64,000 nucleotides of DNA from Azolla caroliniana. Lineage: Eukaryota; Plantae; Polypodiophyta. How positions within the stretch are numbered: position 1 is the first letter of the stretch; every line of letters starts with the position of its first letter. Positions 47,210 to 60,800 of the stretch are shown here, one piece after another. Below the pieces are notes generated by a model. That model searched no databases and was not told the DNA's origin. It saw only the letters and a list, made by a program, of their open reading frames with translations. The position numbers were made by a program, and so were the translations under genes. The DNA is taken from positions 15,190,001 through 15,254,000 of the forward strand of contig JBHGNT010000004.1 of assembly GCA_043228905.1 (NCBI GenBank), read 5' to 3'.

Positions 47210-50200
47210 CTATCTTTCATCTTCATGTTGATCTATTGGAGGAGGTTCAAACCTTTTCTTAAATACTTTTATCCTCTTTCCAGCTACCACGTTTAGGATT
47301 AGTGTCCCATTCAATTCACTAAGCTTATAAGTAAACTTATCATATACTTTTCTTACTATATAAGGCCCAAACCATCTTTCAACGAACTTGCGGACGATGC
47401 TATGTTGATTATCTAAACTGCTATCATACACGAGCACCCAATCTCCTTCTTCTATTTTCTTAGGTCAAATTCTATGAGTTTTATCAAAACGAATTTTATT
47501 CTTTAGTCGAGCCTCCAATCGTTGGGCTGGTATTTCTATATCTTCAGGTCGACGCTCTAATTGTTGAATTCGCAAAGCAAGTAATTCTTCTCTGCTCACC
47601 TCTTCTCTCCATGGAATAGATATCCATGACATAATTGATTCTTCTATCAGCATGATGGGCTTTTGGCCAAGTATCAATTCAACTGGCATAAATCCTGTTA
47701 CTGAACTATGAGTTGTTCGATCCGCCCATATTGCATAAGGTAGCATGCGTGGCCAATCTCTTATTTTACCTTTACAGCTTTTCACGATCGCCTTAACTAT
47801 TGGGCTATGTCCTCTTTCAATCTTTCCATTGGCTTCTGGATTATACGCAGTTGTAAGTGATAATTTGACCCCTATTCGGCTGAAGAATTCTCTAGCTTCA
47901 TCAGAGTCGAGTTCTCCTCTATCTGCAATTATTTTACCAACCCACCCGTAACGACATATTACATCTTCTAACAAAAATTTACATACAACTCTAGTTGTTT
48001 TTTGTCGTAGTGGTCTTCCTTCTACTTGGTTTGTAAGGTCTTCTCTTGCTAGTACTAAATATCGCATTTGACCTTCCCCAAGTGGCATTGTCACTAGATC
48101 GACCATCCATTTATAATGCATTGATGATGAATATGTTGGTTTTAGCTCATCTCGATACCGGATAGTTGAATACCTCTAGCAAACCTCGCAGGTTTCCACA
48201 AATTTCGTTACATCTTTATACATATGTGGCCACCAATACTTTTCTTTCAACTTCATAAATGTCACCCATATGCCTCTATGTCCTGCCCAAAAACTATCAT
48301 GGAATTCATTAATTAATTTTCTCTTAATGTCATCCTTACAAATGACTCGAAGAGGATTTTCAGTTGGCCCTTTCGGACGCCTCCATAAATGCCCTTCATG
48401 TAAAAAAAACTTGAATGCTCGTCTTCGAAATTCATTTAATTGTTTCTTCGACCATGATGGGTTTGCTTCTTGAGTCTTTAGAAAATTTCCTATTTCTAAC
48501 CATTGACCTTCATACTCCACATCTTTGAACATTATACTTACATTAAACTCATCATGAGGCTTAATAGATACTTGATGAGAAACTTGACGGCTTGTAGTTG
48601 CCCAATTCTTATCTTCAGCTTGCATCACCCTTTCATTTATGAACCTTGCTCTTGACAACATATCTGCGACTGGGTTCTCTTTGCCCTTTATATGCCGTAT
48701 TCAGGGTTCATGGTTCTAATGTATGCAATCCACCGAAGCATTGCAATATTCGGTGTGGTGCAACTTGCTATCATTCCGATGAGTGGCAAACAATCTGTTT
48801 CAACCACTACATCTACTCCGATCAAGTAATCTCTATCTGTTTTTAATGCAGTAAGCAAACCCCACAATTCTCGTCTAACTTGTGCATAGTTTCTGTCTTT
48901 CATTTAATATCTTTGCTCCAAATCTGATAGCATATCTATGTTGGTCTTCATCTTCTTGGTTGATAACCCAACCGATCCCGATTGGGCTAGTATCAAGTGT
49001 TACTATAATTGGTCTTTCACCTTTGTAGTCTGGTTGACGAAGAACTGGTGCTTTCAATAATGCTTCTTTCAGCTGTTGAACAACTTGTGTATGTTCATCT
49101 GTCCAAATAAACTTCTTCCCTTTTCTTAAAAGTTTGTAGAGAGGATCTGAGACATGTGCAAAGTGTGGTAGCCAAATAAGATTAAACACACATGCACCCA
49201 AAAATCTTCTCTCCTCTGTTACCGAGTCACAAACTTCCTTCATAATTGTATTGCGTTAATTTTGATTGGTGAAGGCTTCCTGCCATACCACCCACACATA
49301 TGGCCAACTATTAGAACTTCGTTTTGCCCAAAGCTAGACTTTGTTCCTAATAGTGTCAAATGTACCTGCTCAAGCTTATTTAAAATACTTTCACAATCAT
49401 TAATGTGATCCATCACAAACTTTCTGCAACCATTTCCAACCATAGTCTCATCTTTCTCTCTTTCTAAGCATCCCTTAATAGGAATATCATCTACAAATGG
49501 CATAGTTACCTTTGGGATGTATTCATGTAGAACTTTGTTCATTGCATTCATCATATGAGCAATTGAATTCATCGCACCTTGAGGTAGAGTGCACATTCGA
49601 ACCAACCCAATTGGTGTTTTCATTGTTGTGATATTGCAACTATCAATTGCTAGTTGAAATTGGTTGTATCCTGAATATAGGTCTCCCACAGAGTAAATCG
49701 CTCTTCCAGCAAAGGCTTTCGCAAATTTTTCAACGATCGGTCCGATTCCCGCATTTTGGATTGTGACTTTGTGGACTGGTTGTAGATCTTGAATGAATCT
49801 TAGAGAAGCATCTTTCTTTGGAACTATGAACCATCTATTGGAGTATGGTGCATTTGAAGGCTCTAAAATCTTCATCTTGACTTTATCCTTCAGTAGCTCT
49901 AACAATTGAGGTAATCGAGCTCTCGGTATTGCAATAGGTTTAAAATTCCAAGGAATATGAGGGATAGTAAATATTACCATTGGCGTCACCACCTTTGGAT
50001 CTACACAACTTTAATCTCCTTAGCTTTGAATGCGAACGCTTTCCCATGCCTAAATATCATTTCTTTGAAAGTCACGATCTCTGATTGCAGAAGAAATTCA
50101 CCCCCTCCAATTCTCAAGTTATTTATTGTCTCCGAAGTGAAGTGATGTCCGATCTTCTCTATTGGTCGAAGCATAGGCTCGGTTGTTGCTGCCTCCATCT

Positions 50201-52777
50201 TCTCTGCACTACCAAAAGGTAATGGTACTGCAGCAGGTTTGACCTTTTTATCTATTGTTTTGTATTTTGTATTACATAAACTTTCTATTTCTTCATATTT
50301 ACAATTATACCTATCAACCTCATAATACATATTAATTGAGTTTACATGTATCTTTCTAACATTCTCATCATCTTCTTTCAAATACATTTCTAACTCTTCT
50401 AAAGTATTTGCAAAAGAAATTTCTTCCATAACCCTTTCAATCTGCTCTTCCATTTCAATTACTCCATTATCCTTCAATGCCTGCTGAAATAGATTAACAT
50501 TCTTTTTCAAGTTCCTCTTGCATTCATACATCCTAGTTTCACATATAGCACCACTTTCAGAAACATGAAATGACTTATTCATATGTTGTAATGCCCTATA
50601 TGAGGGTCTTTTAATAATGGGACTATTGCAACCCTCACTTGCCACAGTCCTAGTCAAAAACCTGATTATCAAAATCATCACAATCTTTTGGTATTGAATC
50701 ATCATGAAGCTCTTGCTTGTTCCTCTCATGATTTGGGCGAACTGTCATAAATTGTACAGTTCGTCGTCCATCTTGGATACGGATTTTCGCATAGGCAGAA
50801 CCATTATCGAGGACTTTGGTCTCCATCTGTACCGCTGTAATGTATGGTTGCCCTAGGATTATTGGATAGGTAGATCCTTCCTACACAAAGAAATGTTGAT
50901 CTACCTCTATATCACCAATAGTGACCTTTACATTTGGGCATGCACCAAATAAATCTTCCGTGACTGATGTGGTAGCTTTTACTCGCCAACCATGTTGAGT
51001 ATCAATTGGCCATCTATCTTTCTTGTAAAAATCAGCACTCATTATATTTATTTCAGAACCATGATCAATAAGTGCCATCACGGGGTCTGGAACATTTTCA
51101 ATCTTCACATGATGCTCAGTAGTGGCTCTTGCCTAACATTTGTGAGAGTAATGGCTTCTTACATCTGTTGAATTTATCATTGAGGTTGATGCATGTTGAG
51201 AGTCAACAACGATATTGTTTGACTCGTTGCTCACCACTTCATATGCTACCTTTGGATTTGTCTCTTTAATCTGCTCATTTACTTGCTTCTTTCTTCGCAC
51301 AACATCAATTATTTCATCATGAAATTCCTTTTTTGCAATACCTAACACTTCTCTTAATGTAAATTCTACTCGACTGTCTAGTATTCTTGTTTCTAAAACT
51401 TTCTTTAAATCTGTATCTTTTTCAATATCAGACATTAATTTGAATAAAGGACCTAATTTACCTTTTTCGACCTTTGCATCCATCTCTTTTCTTTTTCTTT
51501 CTCTTGTCTCATGCTTTTTTGTTGAGCCAATCTCATCATCCGGTCTTTTCCTTTTTTCTTCCACTATCAGCTCATGCTCTTGGTGTTCTGCCATCTGAGC
51601 ATAGACCTTCATAGCATGTACTGGAACATCCCATCCAGTGTTTTTCCTTACAGAATCTCCGGCAACATGAAGGTCTTCCATCTTCATCTTTTGCTTTTGT
51701 GCGGTACTTACAACCTTCTCCCAGAATGATGATCGGGATGGCATGTCATCGAGGCGCATTCCTGCCGTTGCCGTGTAGTACATTGCAGAAGCCTTCTTTG
51801 CTTCAACTTCTTCAAATTTAACCTTAACACCACCATCACCAAAGTTCTTTGTAAGTGGACTTTTAGTTTTAGTTAAATAAATGTTACCATTTTTCCAATA
51901 CACCAAGTCTCGATTTTCCATGTCTTTATATTCTTCACAATCACGTAGACGATGTTCGAGACTATCGCACCCCATGCATCGGGGGTCGGAATGGTTCCCT
52001 TGACCTCAAATTTTGAACATTCTCAAGCTTTGCCACTTTAATTGTTAGATCTTTCATACTTTGAACTAAATCATCAAGAAAAGACTCACTCTTAGTTCCG
52101 ATCATTTCGTGTGGTTGATGCACCATTTCGTGTGATGGTTCTCGACCATGGCTTTGAACTTCGATGTTTTGATCAAGCCGATTCATGATTCCCACATGTG
52201 GTATTTGTAGCATTACACCATTCCTTTGCATTCTTTTCATAAATTTATTACAAGCATTTGTTACCTCATTCCAATCTGCCGTTATACCATCCTCGGTATT
52301 TGGCAATTCAAGCATAAATTCCAATTCTTTTCTATATCTCTTGTCAACTGCCTGCAAAACTAAAGCAACCTTTTGCCAAGACAAAGAATTTCTTTCTTCT
52401 GGCTTTAAGTGTCCATACATTCTATCAAACTCTTTTTTTGTGTCAGCCACAGATAACCCTTTATCTTCGTTTAAGATCCATTCATGAAATGAACGCATAC
52501 TAACTCGAGAGAAATCTTCACGAGAATATTCAGACACAAGCGCTTCTTTGAATGCATTCCAATTCAAACTATGCAATGCTTGTATTTCACGAATTCTATC
52601 TCTTAATTCCATTTCCACTAATTTATAAAAGTTTGCTATCATATTGACATCATTCACACCAAACATTTCCATTTCATCATAATATATATTGACATACTTT
52701 GAGATATTTGTGCCATCAAACACACCAATCTTCTCTCGGACTTCTTGTAAGGCATGAAATAATTGATCTTGATTCAA
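47210..52777 (-). pseudogene. Element C gag-pro-pol, disrupted
   Basis: Gag 51133-52777, protease 50881-51108, RT 49240-49992 (FVDD), RNase H, integrase 47210-48661; stops and frameshifts. Confidence 0.92.
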
Positions 52778-52891
52778 TTATTCAATATATAACCTTACCG
52801 GATCCTTGTACTCGTACTTGCCATGTTGATGTTGATCTTTACTTTAGATGTCTCTTCTACTTCCCCGTTTCACGTCGGGTTCACCAAATTG

Positions 52892-53858
52892 TGTTGTGGC
52901 GTGGCTTGCCTAGAAGCGTAGCGTTGCGTAGACAAAAGATATCGTGAAAATGAGGAAGGAATCATTGGGATTATGGACGGAAGAGACGAAAGAATAGAGA
53001 TAGAGTAAATAGAGATCAACAAGATATGACAAGATAGGATATTGAATGATATTTGAAGGAATAAAAGAGATTTATAATTATTTGATGAAAGAGTTACAAA
53101 AGTGGTTGTAAGCATCGTTGATCCTTTGAACTTGGTCTCACAAGATAATCTCTCTTCTCTTTCTTGATAGTAGGCCACAAGAATCTTCACTTCAATATTT
53201 TGGTGAAGATAAGGCTCGAACCGCCTCCCTTTTGTTAAGCTCCACCTTTATGTTGAACTTCTTCCTTTCTTTTTCTATTTTATGGTATCTCTTATGTAAT
53301 ATATATTTGATTGATATCTCATACTTCTCCCCCTTTGATATTCTCTTTCACCATTTAAATAGGTGCCCCCATGCATATGATGCATTGGAGGGTACAAGTC
53401 ATGCATGTAGTGCATGAAATGCATGTGATGCATGATCGCCATCTCGCTCATTTGAGCTTTCATGTATGAAAAAATATATTGCATAAGAATAAACATGAAA
53501 ATATAATTTTAAAAAGAAAGGACCTAGTCTAATGGTAGGTGTGTTGACTTTGGTATATGAGGTTGTGGGTTCAAGTCTCTCAAATGTTATTGAATACAAC
53601 ATGTAACGTCGTTTTTCTGAAGCAAATCCTTTATCTTATATATATCAATAGTATAGAGTAAATGGTAAGATTTGAAAGTCATAGGGTGGGGTTATTGGTT
53701 CAAGTCCTCTCTTGTTCGTGTAATATAATATATTTATCTATATATATATATATGTTATTTTACTTTATCTTTATATATAAATCATTATCAAATTTTATTT
53801 TAGTTTCGTATTTATCTTATTGTAGACTTTTAATGTGAAGCTTTCGTACTTCACGACA
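52892..53858 (-). repeat. 5' LTR of element C
   Basis: Adjacent to the tRNA-Trp PBS; TG..CA ends. Confidence 0.88.
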
Positions 53859-54388
53859 ATGCGAGACTAAACATATCGAAGTGCATTACCACTTCATCCT
53901 TTAGCATGTACAGGCCGGCGAGATCGATCTCCAACATACCGATACAGACCTCCAAGTTGCTGATATATTTACGAAGGCCTTAGGAGTCGACAAGCTCGGG
54001 CAATTTGCATCGGACCTTGGTCTCACGACACCTACATTGCCGAACTTGAGGGGGAGTGCAGGTACAGGCGACATGGAAGGCGACATGGAAGCAATACGCA
54101 ACGATACACAACACAACCGACTATACGAGTCGAAGTACGAACTGAACAACCTTCTCGACAGATAGAAGTTGTGTTTGAAGGGGTGGGTTGAGAGTCGAAC
54201 TCAACTTCCCATAGATAGGTTTCACACTAGCTCATGGACATGTTGGGCTAGTTTTGTAAATAGTAGAAAGGGCACTTGCCCTAGCTTAGTTGGTATATAA
54301 ACCAACGCATTGTAACTTAGTTATAGTTGGATGTTTTATGTTTGATGTATTTTTGGTTAATATACAGTTTTTCTATCTCTGCCTTAAG

Positions 54389-54422
<34 letters not shown>

Positions 54423-54508
54423 TCTGTTGCCTCACACACACACACACACTCTGAATCTTCTTCCGCTGCATTGCAATCATTCTTGCGTCCCATTCCGATA
54501 CACTAACA
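53859..54508 (+). mobile_element. 3' remnant of a Copia element: RNase H end, PPT, LTR ~54186-54508
   Basis: KHIEVHYHFIL*..QVADIFTKALG, then TTGAAGGGGTGG PPT and an LTR with TATA and (CT)n ending CTAACA. Confidence 0.8.
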
Positions 54509-54513
54509 CATAG

Positions 54514-55474
54514 TGTGAAACCACCCTCGAAAAGAAGTAAAATAGTAGTTCAAATAAACTAGTATTGTGAAATCAACTTTATTGGTAGAAAAAATACATT
54601 TTCATTTTCCAAAGATAATTCCTTATATATAAATGGTCAAAGGATTGAACCTTATAATAAATAATGATGAATATTAAGTTAGAGGCGGTTTTCAAAAGTA
54701 GACAAAACTAGAGAAAAAAAAAAGCACACGTGGATATGAGGAGCATAGTAGAGAAAAAAGCTCATAATTTTCCTCGTCAGATGTCCAAATTAGAAAAGAA
54801 AAGATGCATAAGAAAGCTAACCCAAAGAGATTTCCAAAAATATCTTGCATGTGAAATTTGGGGCTAGAAAATAGAAATAGTGAGGGAAAGAAAGTTGACT
54901 CATATAGAGAAGCTCTTTTTTAGGGGAAAAAGTCAAGCAATCCTAAACCTATAAATAAGAGCCTATTCTAGTGAAGAAAGGGGGGAGGGAGAAGGAACGC
55001 GGAAGCTCTACTCAATTGGAAAGTGGAAGAAGAAGGATCAACAACATCAAGATGCATCATCAACAAAGAAACTCCTTCTATACTCCACTCTCTTCTTTCC
55101 TCCACCTCTCTTCCCCCATTCATTTATAAACAATCCTTTACATTCGCATCCAACCCATTGTAACATGATTCTTATATTATAAGAGAATCTATTGTATTGA
55201 TATAAACTAATGTTTTCTTTCATCTACTTGTCTTATGTGTAAATCTTGATTGTGATTATTTGTTATCGTCATTTGTGCTTATTTGTTTGTGTGTCTTGTG
55301 ACAAGGGAGTGTTTCGGGCTTGTCCATGCACCTCTCCTTTCACAAAGGCATTCAAACCTACATGTCTTATATGTTATCGTCGTTTGTGCTTATTTGCTTG
55401 CATGTCTTGTGACAAGGGAGCATTTCGGGCTTGCCCATGCACCTCTCCTTTCACAAAGGCATTCAAACTTACGT
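54514..55474 (+). repeat. Unclassified LTR-like non-coding segment with a 111-bp tandem duplication (55261-55474)
   Basis: CTATAAATA box at ~54949, purine/pyrimidine-rich tracts, duplicated TGTTATCGTC..GGCATTCAAAC. Confidence 0.4.
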
Positions 55475-56300
55475 TGTCGTAGTGTAATTCGCACACTACA
55501 TGAAAATTGCATTTTGGTTCCTTTGGATGGGACAAGGAGGAACCAATAAGGAGAAACGGTGAGAACCGGATGAAGGAGGAACTGGCAAGGAGGACCCGGT
55601 AAGAATCGGATCAAATAGAACCAGCAAGAGCCGGATAAAGCATGCCGGTAAGAGTCTCTCATCGGATGAAGAGACAAATTTATAAATAGAAGAAAAGATT
55701 GTTACATGCATAGGGGAGGATTCAAACCTTGTACCTCCACGTAGACAGAACCCAACCTTACCATTGTACTAACTTATCCTAAGTGTTCCTTTATTTACGC
55801 CTACCTTTATTAAAAGGTAAGTCATGGATTTTTAGAATGCGTGAATACTTTCTTTATAAGAAAAATGTACACCAATAAAAAATTACTCATGCACATCTAG
55901 TGAGCATGAGCACTATATTTAGGAAATAAAAGCATAGTGTAAAAAGCAACTCATGCACACTAAATGTGCATGAACACTTTAGAAAAAGCATGAAGCTATG
56001 CTTAGCCTCTTCCATCCTTATATAAGGAGAGAAAGATGTATGGTGTTGTTAATTATTTTTACAAGGATTGATCAATCTAATAGATTCATGGGATAAACGA
56101 GTTTATCATCAAAATTCTCTTCCTTACAATCTAAATATTGATTAAATACACTAAACACGTGGAATTCACAAGTTTTATTTCTTACTTCTCTTTCTACCTA
56201 TTCATAACTAGTCTTATATTGTATTCTTCTTTCTCCTAGTCCAAAACCTTAGTGGTTCCCACCCGACTCACGCAACGATTCAGAGCCGAAAGGCACGACA
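55475..56300 (+). mobile_element. Solo LTR of the TGTCG..CGACA clade, homologous to 63606-64000
   Basis: TGTCGTAG..CACGACA ends, TATA at ~56018, CATGCA motifs, antisense tRNA-like cassette at 55713-55772. Confidence 0.8.
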
Positions 56301-59300
56301 ACATTACGATCCATCGTGATATGCGTCTTGTGGTGTGAGTTTTGTTTACCAAGTAGAGGAGGGCTTGATGATCTACAAAAAATGAGAAAAGTGACGCAAA
56401 GAGGTAATGTCAGAATTTTTTCATGTTGTAAACCGTGGCCAAAGCTTCTCGTTCTGTCATGGAATAATTTCGTTCCGCAGCATTTAGTTGATGACTAGCG
56501 AAGGTGATCGGTAGGTCGAGTGCCCCTTCGCCGGGTTGAGCTAGCACTGCACCAATCGCGAAGGCGGAAGCGTCGATGTGAACGTGGAATTCTTTGGTCC
56601 AGTCTAGGGATCGGAGGATGGGGGCCTTAGTTAGGCACTCTTTCAAGTGCTTGAATGAGTGGGTGCACTCTTCCGTCTAAGTGTGCTACTTTAGTAGGGT
56701 GTAGCGTGGTCTGGCCTTGTCTGCAAACATCTTAATAAAGCGTCTATAGTAACCTGCATATCCCATGAACCCTTGTAGTTGTTTCTCGTTCGCGGGAGGT
56801 GGCATGTCTATAGTAACTTTTGCTTCATCGGTCGAGATCCCATATCGGGACACAACATGACCTAATATTAGTCCGTGTTTGACCCAGAATTGACACTTGA
56901 GTGGGTTGAGGGAGAGCTGATAGGCCCTGCATTTTTCGAACGCCAAGCGGAGTAGCGCTAGGTGGTCATGCCATTTCAAATGGCAACATAAATTGTCGAC
57001 ATAGGACTCCACCCCTTGTCGTAACCTTCCCGCGAAGATATGGTCCGTTGCCCTTTGATAGTTGCTAAGGGCACTTATGAGCTCGAAAGGCATCTGCTTA
57101 TACGCGAACGTACCAAATTCGGTGGCGAAGGTCGTCTTGTGTTGATCCTCGGGCACCACCGAGATTTGATTGTACCCCGAGAACCCGTCGATGAAGCTAT
57201 AAGCTTTGGCTCCCGCGATTCTTTCGAGTAAGTGCTCGATGTAGGGTATCGGGTAGTTGTCCTTGATGGTGGCTTCGTTGACTTGGCGGTAGTCTACACA
57301 TATGCGGATTTGGACGTTTTTCTTCGGGACGAGTATAATCGGGGAGACCCAAGTGGTTCGTTCGATTGGGTAGATGATGCCCACGTCTAACATTTTGTTG
57401 ATTTCGGCTTTTACTTGTTGGGCGTAGTTAGGGTTCATTGGGCGCAGCCTTTGTTGGATTGGGCGGGCGTCGGCTCGCATGGGGATGCTATGGGTGATGA
57501 CCTCGGCCGGAACACCTTTCATATCTACATAAGACCATGCAAACATGTCGCTAAATTCCGTAAGGAGGGTGATCAAGGACGTCTCCTCGTTCGACTGGAG
57601 ATCTGTGGCTATGAACATTGGTTTGGGGTCCACCCCCTTTCCGAGGTTGAATTCTTTAACCCTTACCAGTTCGTCGCATACCTCGCCTAGGCTTTGAGGG
57701 GTGCGTTGTGGTCTCTTACAAGCCACTGTTCTATTCCCTTGTTCATAAAGTTTTAATTGCTCCGGGAAGTCCACCTATGTCGAGGTCTTCCGAGTGGTCG
57801 CAACCTCATCTTGGCATGTGTTTCGTGTGCTAGGTCTTCGTCTTTTACATCTACTTGTTTTTACTAGGGTACGAGGGTGGTGACATTAAAGCAAGAGATC
57901 GTGTCACTTTGTACCAATGGGATACAGTGCATCGGTCGTGGCAAGAGCATACACCCAATTCATCTCTGATGTATCGGAAGCTACAGATTGGTCTTCTCTT
58001 CCTCTTGCATTCTCCGCCTTAGGATTGGACGATTTTTGGGGGAACAGTTGACCCCTAGGCAAGATCTAAACTGTCTTTGTGGGGTTGCATGCTAGGAGGT
58101 TGGTCTCGAACTCGATGGTTTCTGACCAATCGTACACGAGAGGGCTGCCTTCTTGTTCATGCACTTTTTGTGTGTATGCTTTGATGTGGAAGGTTTTGTT
58201 GTTTTTAGGCATATAGATGGTATCATTCCCAAAATCCATTACTAGGCGGCTTACACGTAGGAATGGTCTTCCTAGTAAGCACTCGTAGGCCACATGATTG
58301 GATGATCTTGTGACGACGAAGGTGAGATTGAACTCGACTCCGTGGATAGTGAAGTGATGTGCAGGGAACATGCCTTCTGGCCGTTGGATGAACCCATCTA
58401 CCATTCGTAGTTTGACATTTGAAGGAAGCATTTCTGGGCTTCCCCACTTACACCAACATTCATAGCTGACTATACTTACCCCTGCTCTGGTGTCAATGAT
58501 TGCATCACACGTCGTACCGTTGACGCAAACGGGGAGAGTGAAACTAGTATTGTCGCTCTCTAAGTGAGGTTCACATATATCGACCGGTGTTCCTTCGGGT
58601 TGTTTGAGGACTGTGGACGTATGCGGAATGTGGGTGTGTGTCTTTTTTCCATAACCTGCTGATAGGCCTCCATTGAGGCGGCGAAGGACGTCGTGCCATG
58701 GTTGGATGTCGAGTTTGAGTAGCTCTTCAAGCGTTAACTCTATTTCCTTGGCGAGTATAGGTCATAGTTGGGGGTTGTCGGCCACGAAGGTGCTAGTGTA
58801 GCTCTGTACTTCTTGTAATGTGAGTCGTAATCTTAAATTTAATATTTGCTGAAGTAGGGCTGTGTTGACCTCTTTGATCGGGGTAGAATGGGAGGTGGGG
58901 GTGTCAGTTGATGTTATGACAAGGGGAGGTGGATCCGTATGTTGGGGTGGAGGGTTTACCCATTCTTCGAGTTGGTCAAAGTTTAAGCTCGGGAGACTAA
59001 GAGATTTTTTGAACTGTTCGTGGCGTATGAGTTTAATGTACTCTTCGACCTCTTGTTTTCCAATCACTAGGTTTGGGTATGCTGCTAGGTGTGCCGATAG
59101 CTCTTGGTTTGGGTTGACGGGTATTTTTTCTACGTCTCCCTCCGGTTCTTGATCCTGCTTTGAGGCCTGCGTGGATGCATTTTTTCTGGATTTTCCTCTC
59201 TTACACGTAGCCGCAGGGAGGCCTTGATCTTGGTATTTTAAGTTATGAGGTACTCTTTGAGCTTGTGTGATGACGTTGGCGCCAACCGTTGATGGTACGA

Positions 59301-60800
59301 TAGATAATAGATTTGCGCCAATCCTTTTCTTTTTTTCTGGGCAATCAGGTACTAAGTGCTCTTTACCACACCCTGGGCATGATGCTTCTCTTTGGAACCA
59401 CTTGATAAGGTCTTGTGACTGTTGGGTGAAACTTTGCGCCGGTGGGTGTAGGGGTATTTCGAGTGAGGGGTGTCATGGTCATTGTGCCATCCGGTTGTAG
59501 TATTCATGTTTGGTTGGGCACTCGCTAACCATATGTGGGCCTTGGCAATTGAAACATTTCAATTCTGACCTCCTTAGACCATTATTGTTGCGATATCCCA
59601 TTGGCGGCCCCCGTTGTTCTCCTCTCAAGACGTACACTGGTATTTGGTCGCCTTCGAAGTCTACAAAGTGGGACAACACCTCTTCTTCAACACCATATTC
59701 TCGGTACGAGTCTTCGTATTCAAGAGAGCTCCCCCCCCGCCTGGGTTTGGTTATCAATGGTATATTCTAGTTCGGCGAGGCGAGTGCCAATACGCGATAG
59801 TGGGGGCTGTTGGGGAAGTATTGCTGGTAGTTGTGGGCGACTAACTGGTGGAGGTGAGCGTGGGTGCTCCACCATTGGTGTTTGGTTATACCTTTCATTT
59901 GGGGCTTGCCAGTAGTTCTCTTGAGAATGTATCACGAAAGCTTTGCACCACTTACAGTATTGCAGTCGTCGTTGGTGGAGGAGGGGGCACTCATGCCCCA
60001 TGTGATGGCCATGGCATACTCTACACCTTACACTTTCTCTTTGGGCGTATGTTTGGGGTCTTTCTATACGGGGTGGTCTTGGTGGCGTGGGTGGAGTGAA
60101 GTCTGAGGGCTTCTCACAGTTGTTCATAGGCGCTTGAGTGGGTATCCGTAACCCGCTCATTGAATCCTCAAAGCTCATCACTACCGTGCAAGCTTTAGTG
60201 AACGATCGGCACATCCTGGCAATCAGGAAATTATGGAGCATCAGATCGAACAACCCATTGATGAAGCGGCTCATCAATTTGTTATCCGACATCTTGTTGC
60301 TCGGGCTACCACGATGGTGCAAGCATATCTAGTCCCTGACCGTCTTGTTCGCTTCTTGCTTGAGGGCGAAAAGTTGGTCGATTGGGTTCCATTTATTCCC
60401 TCAACGAGCAAAGTTTATCAAGAAATCTTCGATGACATACTCGAAGTCCACGACGATGTCCTCATTCAAGGTTCTAAACCAAATTCCGCCTTGGTCATCG
60501 AGTGTAAGTCCAAATGCGGCTACTTTGGTGGTCTCTGTGAGGGGTTCATAAGCGCGATAGATCTGCTTGAACCTCTCGATGTGATCATAGGCATCACCGA
60601 AACCGAGAAAACAGGGCACTAGTTTAGAAATGGAAGCACTCTTCCCGCTATCGTTTCTAGGGTTTCTCGAATGGTCTATGCGCACTCGCTCTTTTTCCAT
60701 CAATGCCACGAGGGTTTGGATGGATTGTAACGCTGGTGCGAGTTCGGCGTTTGGGGGTGTCGAGGCAGTTTGGTCAGGTGTAGGGGTTGTGTCCACACGT
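56301..60800 (-). pseudogene. Gypsy element D internal fragment (gag, protease, RT, RNase H), degenerate
   Basis: Gag with several knuckles, protease AIIDTRAG at ~58490, RT 56686-57774 (CVDYRQVN, YVDN), RNase H (HIDASA, EREALA). Both ends are cut by TGTCG LTRs. Confidence 0.88.

Larger units (their letters stand above)
46097..53858 (-). mobile_element. Gypsy element C (tRNA-Trp primed) with two LTRs, no TSD and unrelated flanks
   Basis: LTRs 46097-47169 and 52892-53858, PBS 52870-52886, PPT GAGGGGGTGGA at 47170-47180. Gag-pol is homologous to 1531-6395. Confidence 0.92.

Noticed and set aside
55471-56304. ACGT/ACAT as a true TSD of the solo LTR
   Set aside because: The two flanks belong to different elements; the similarity is better explained by target preference.
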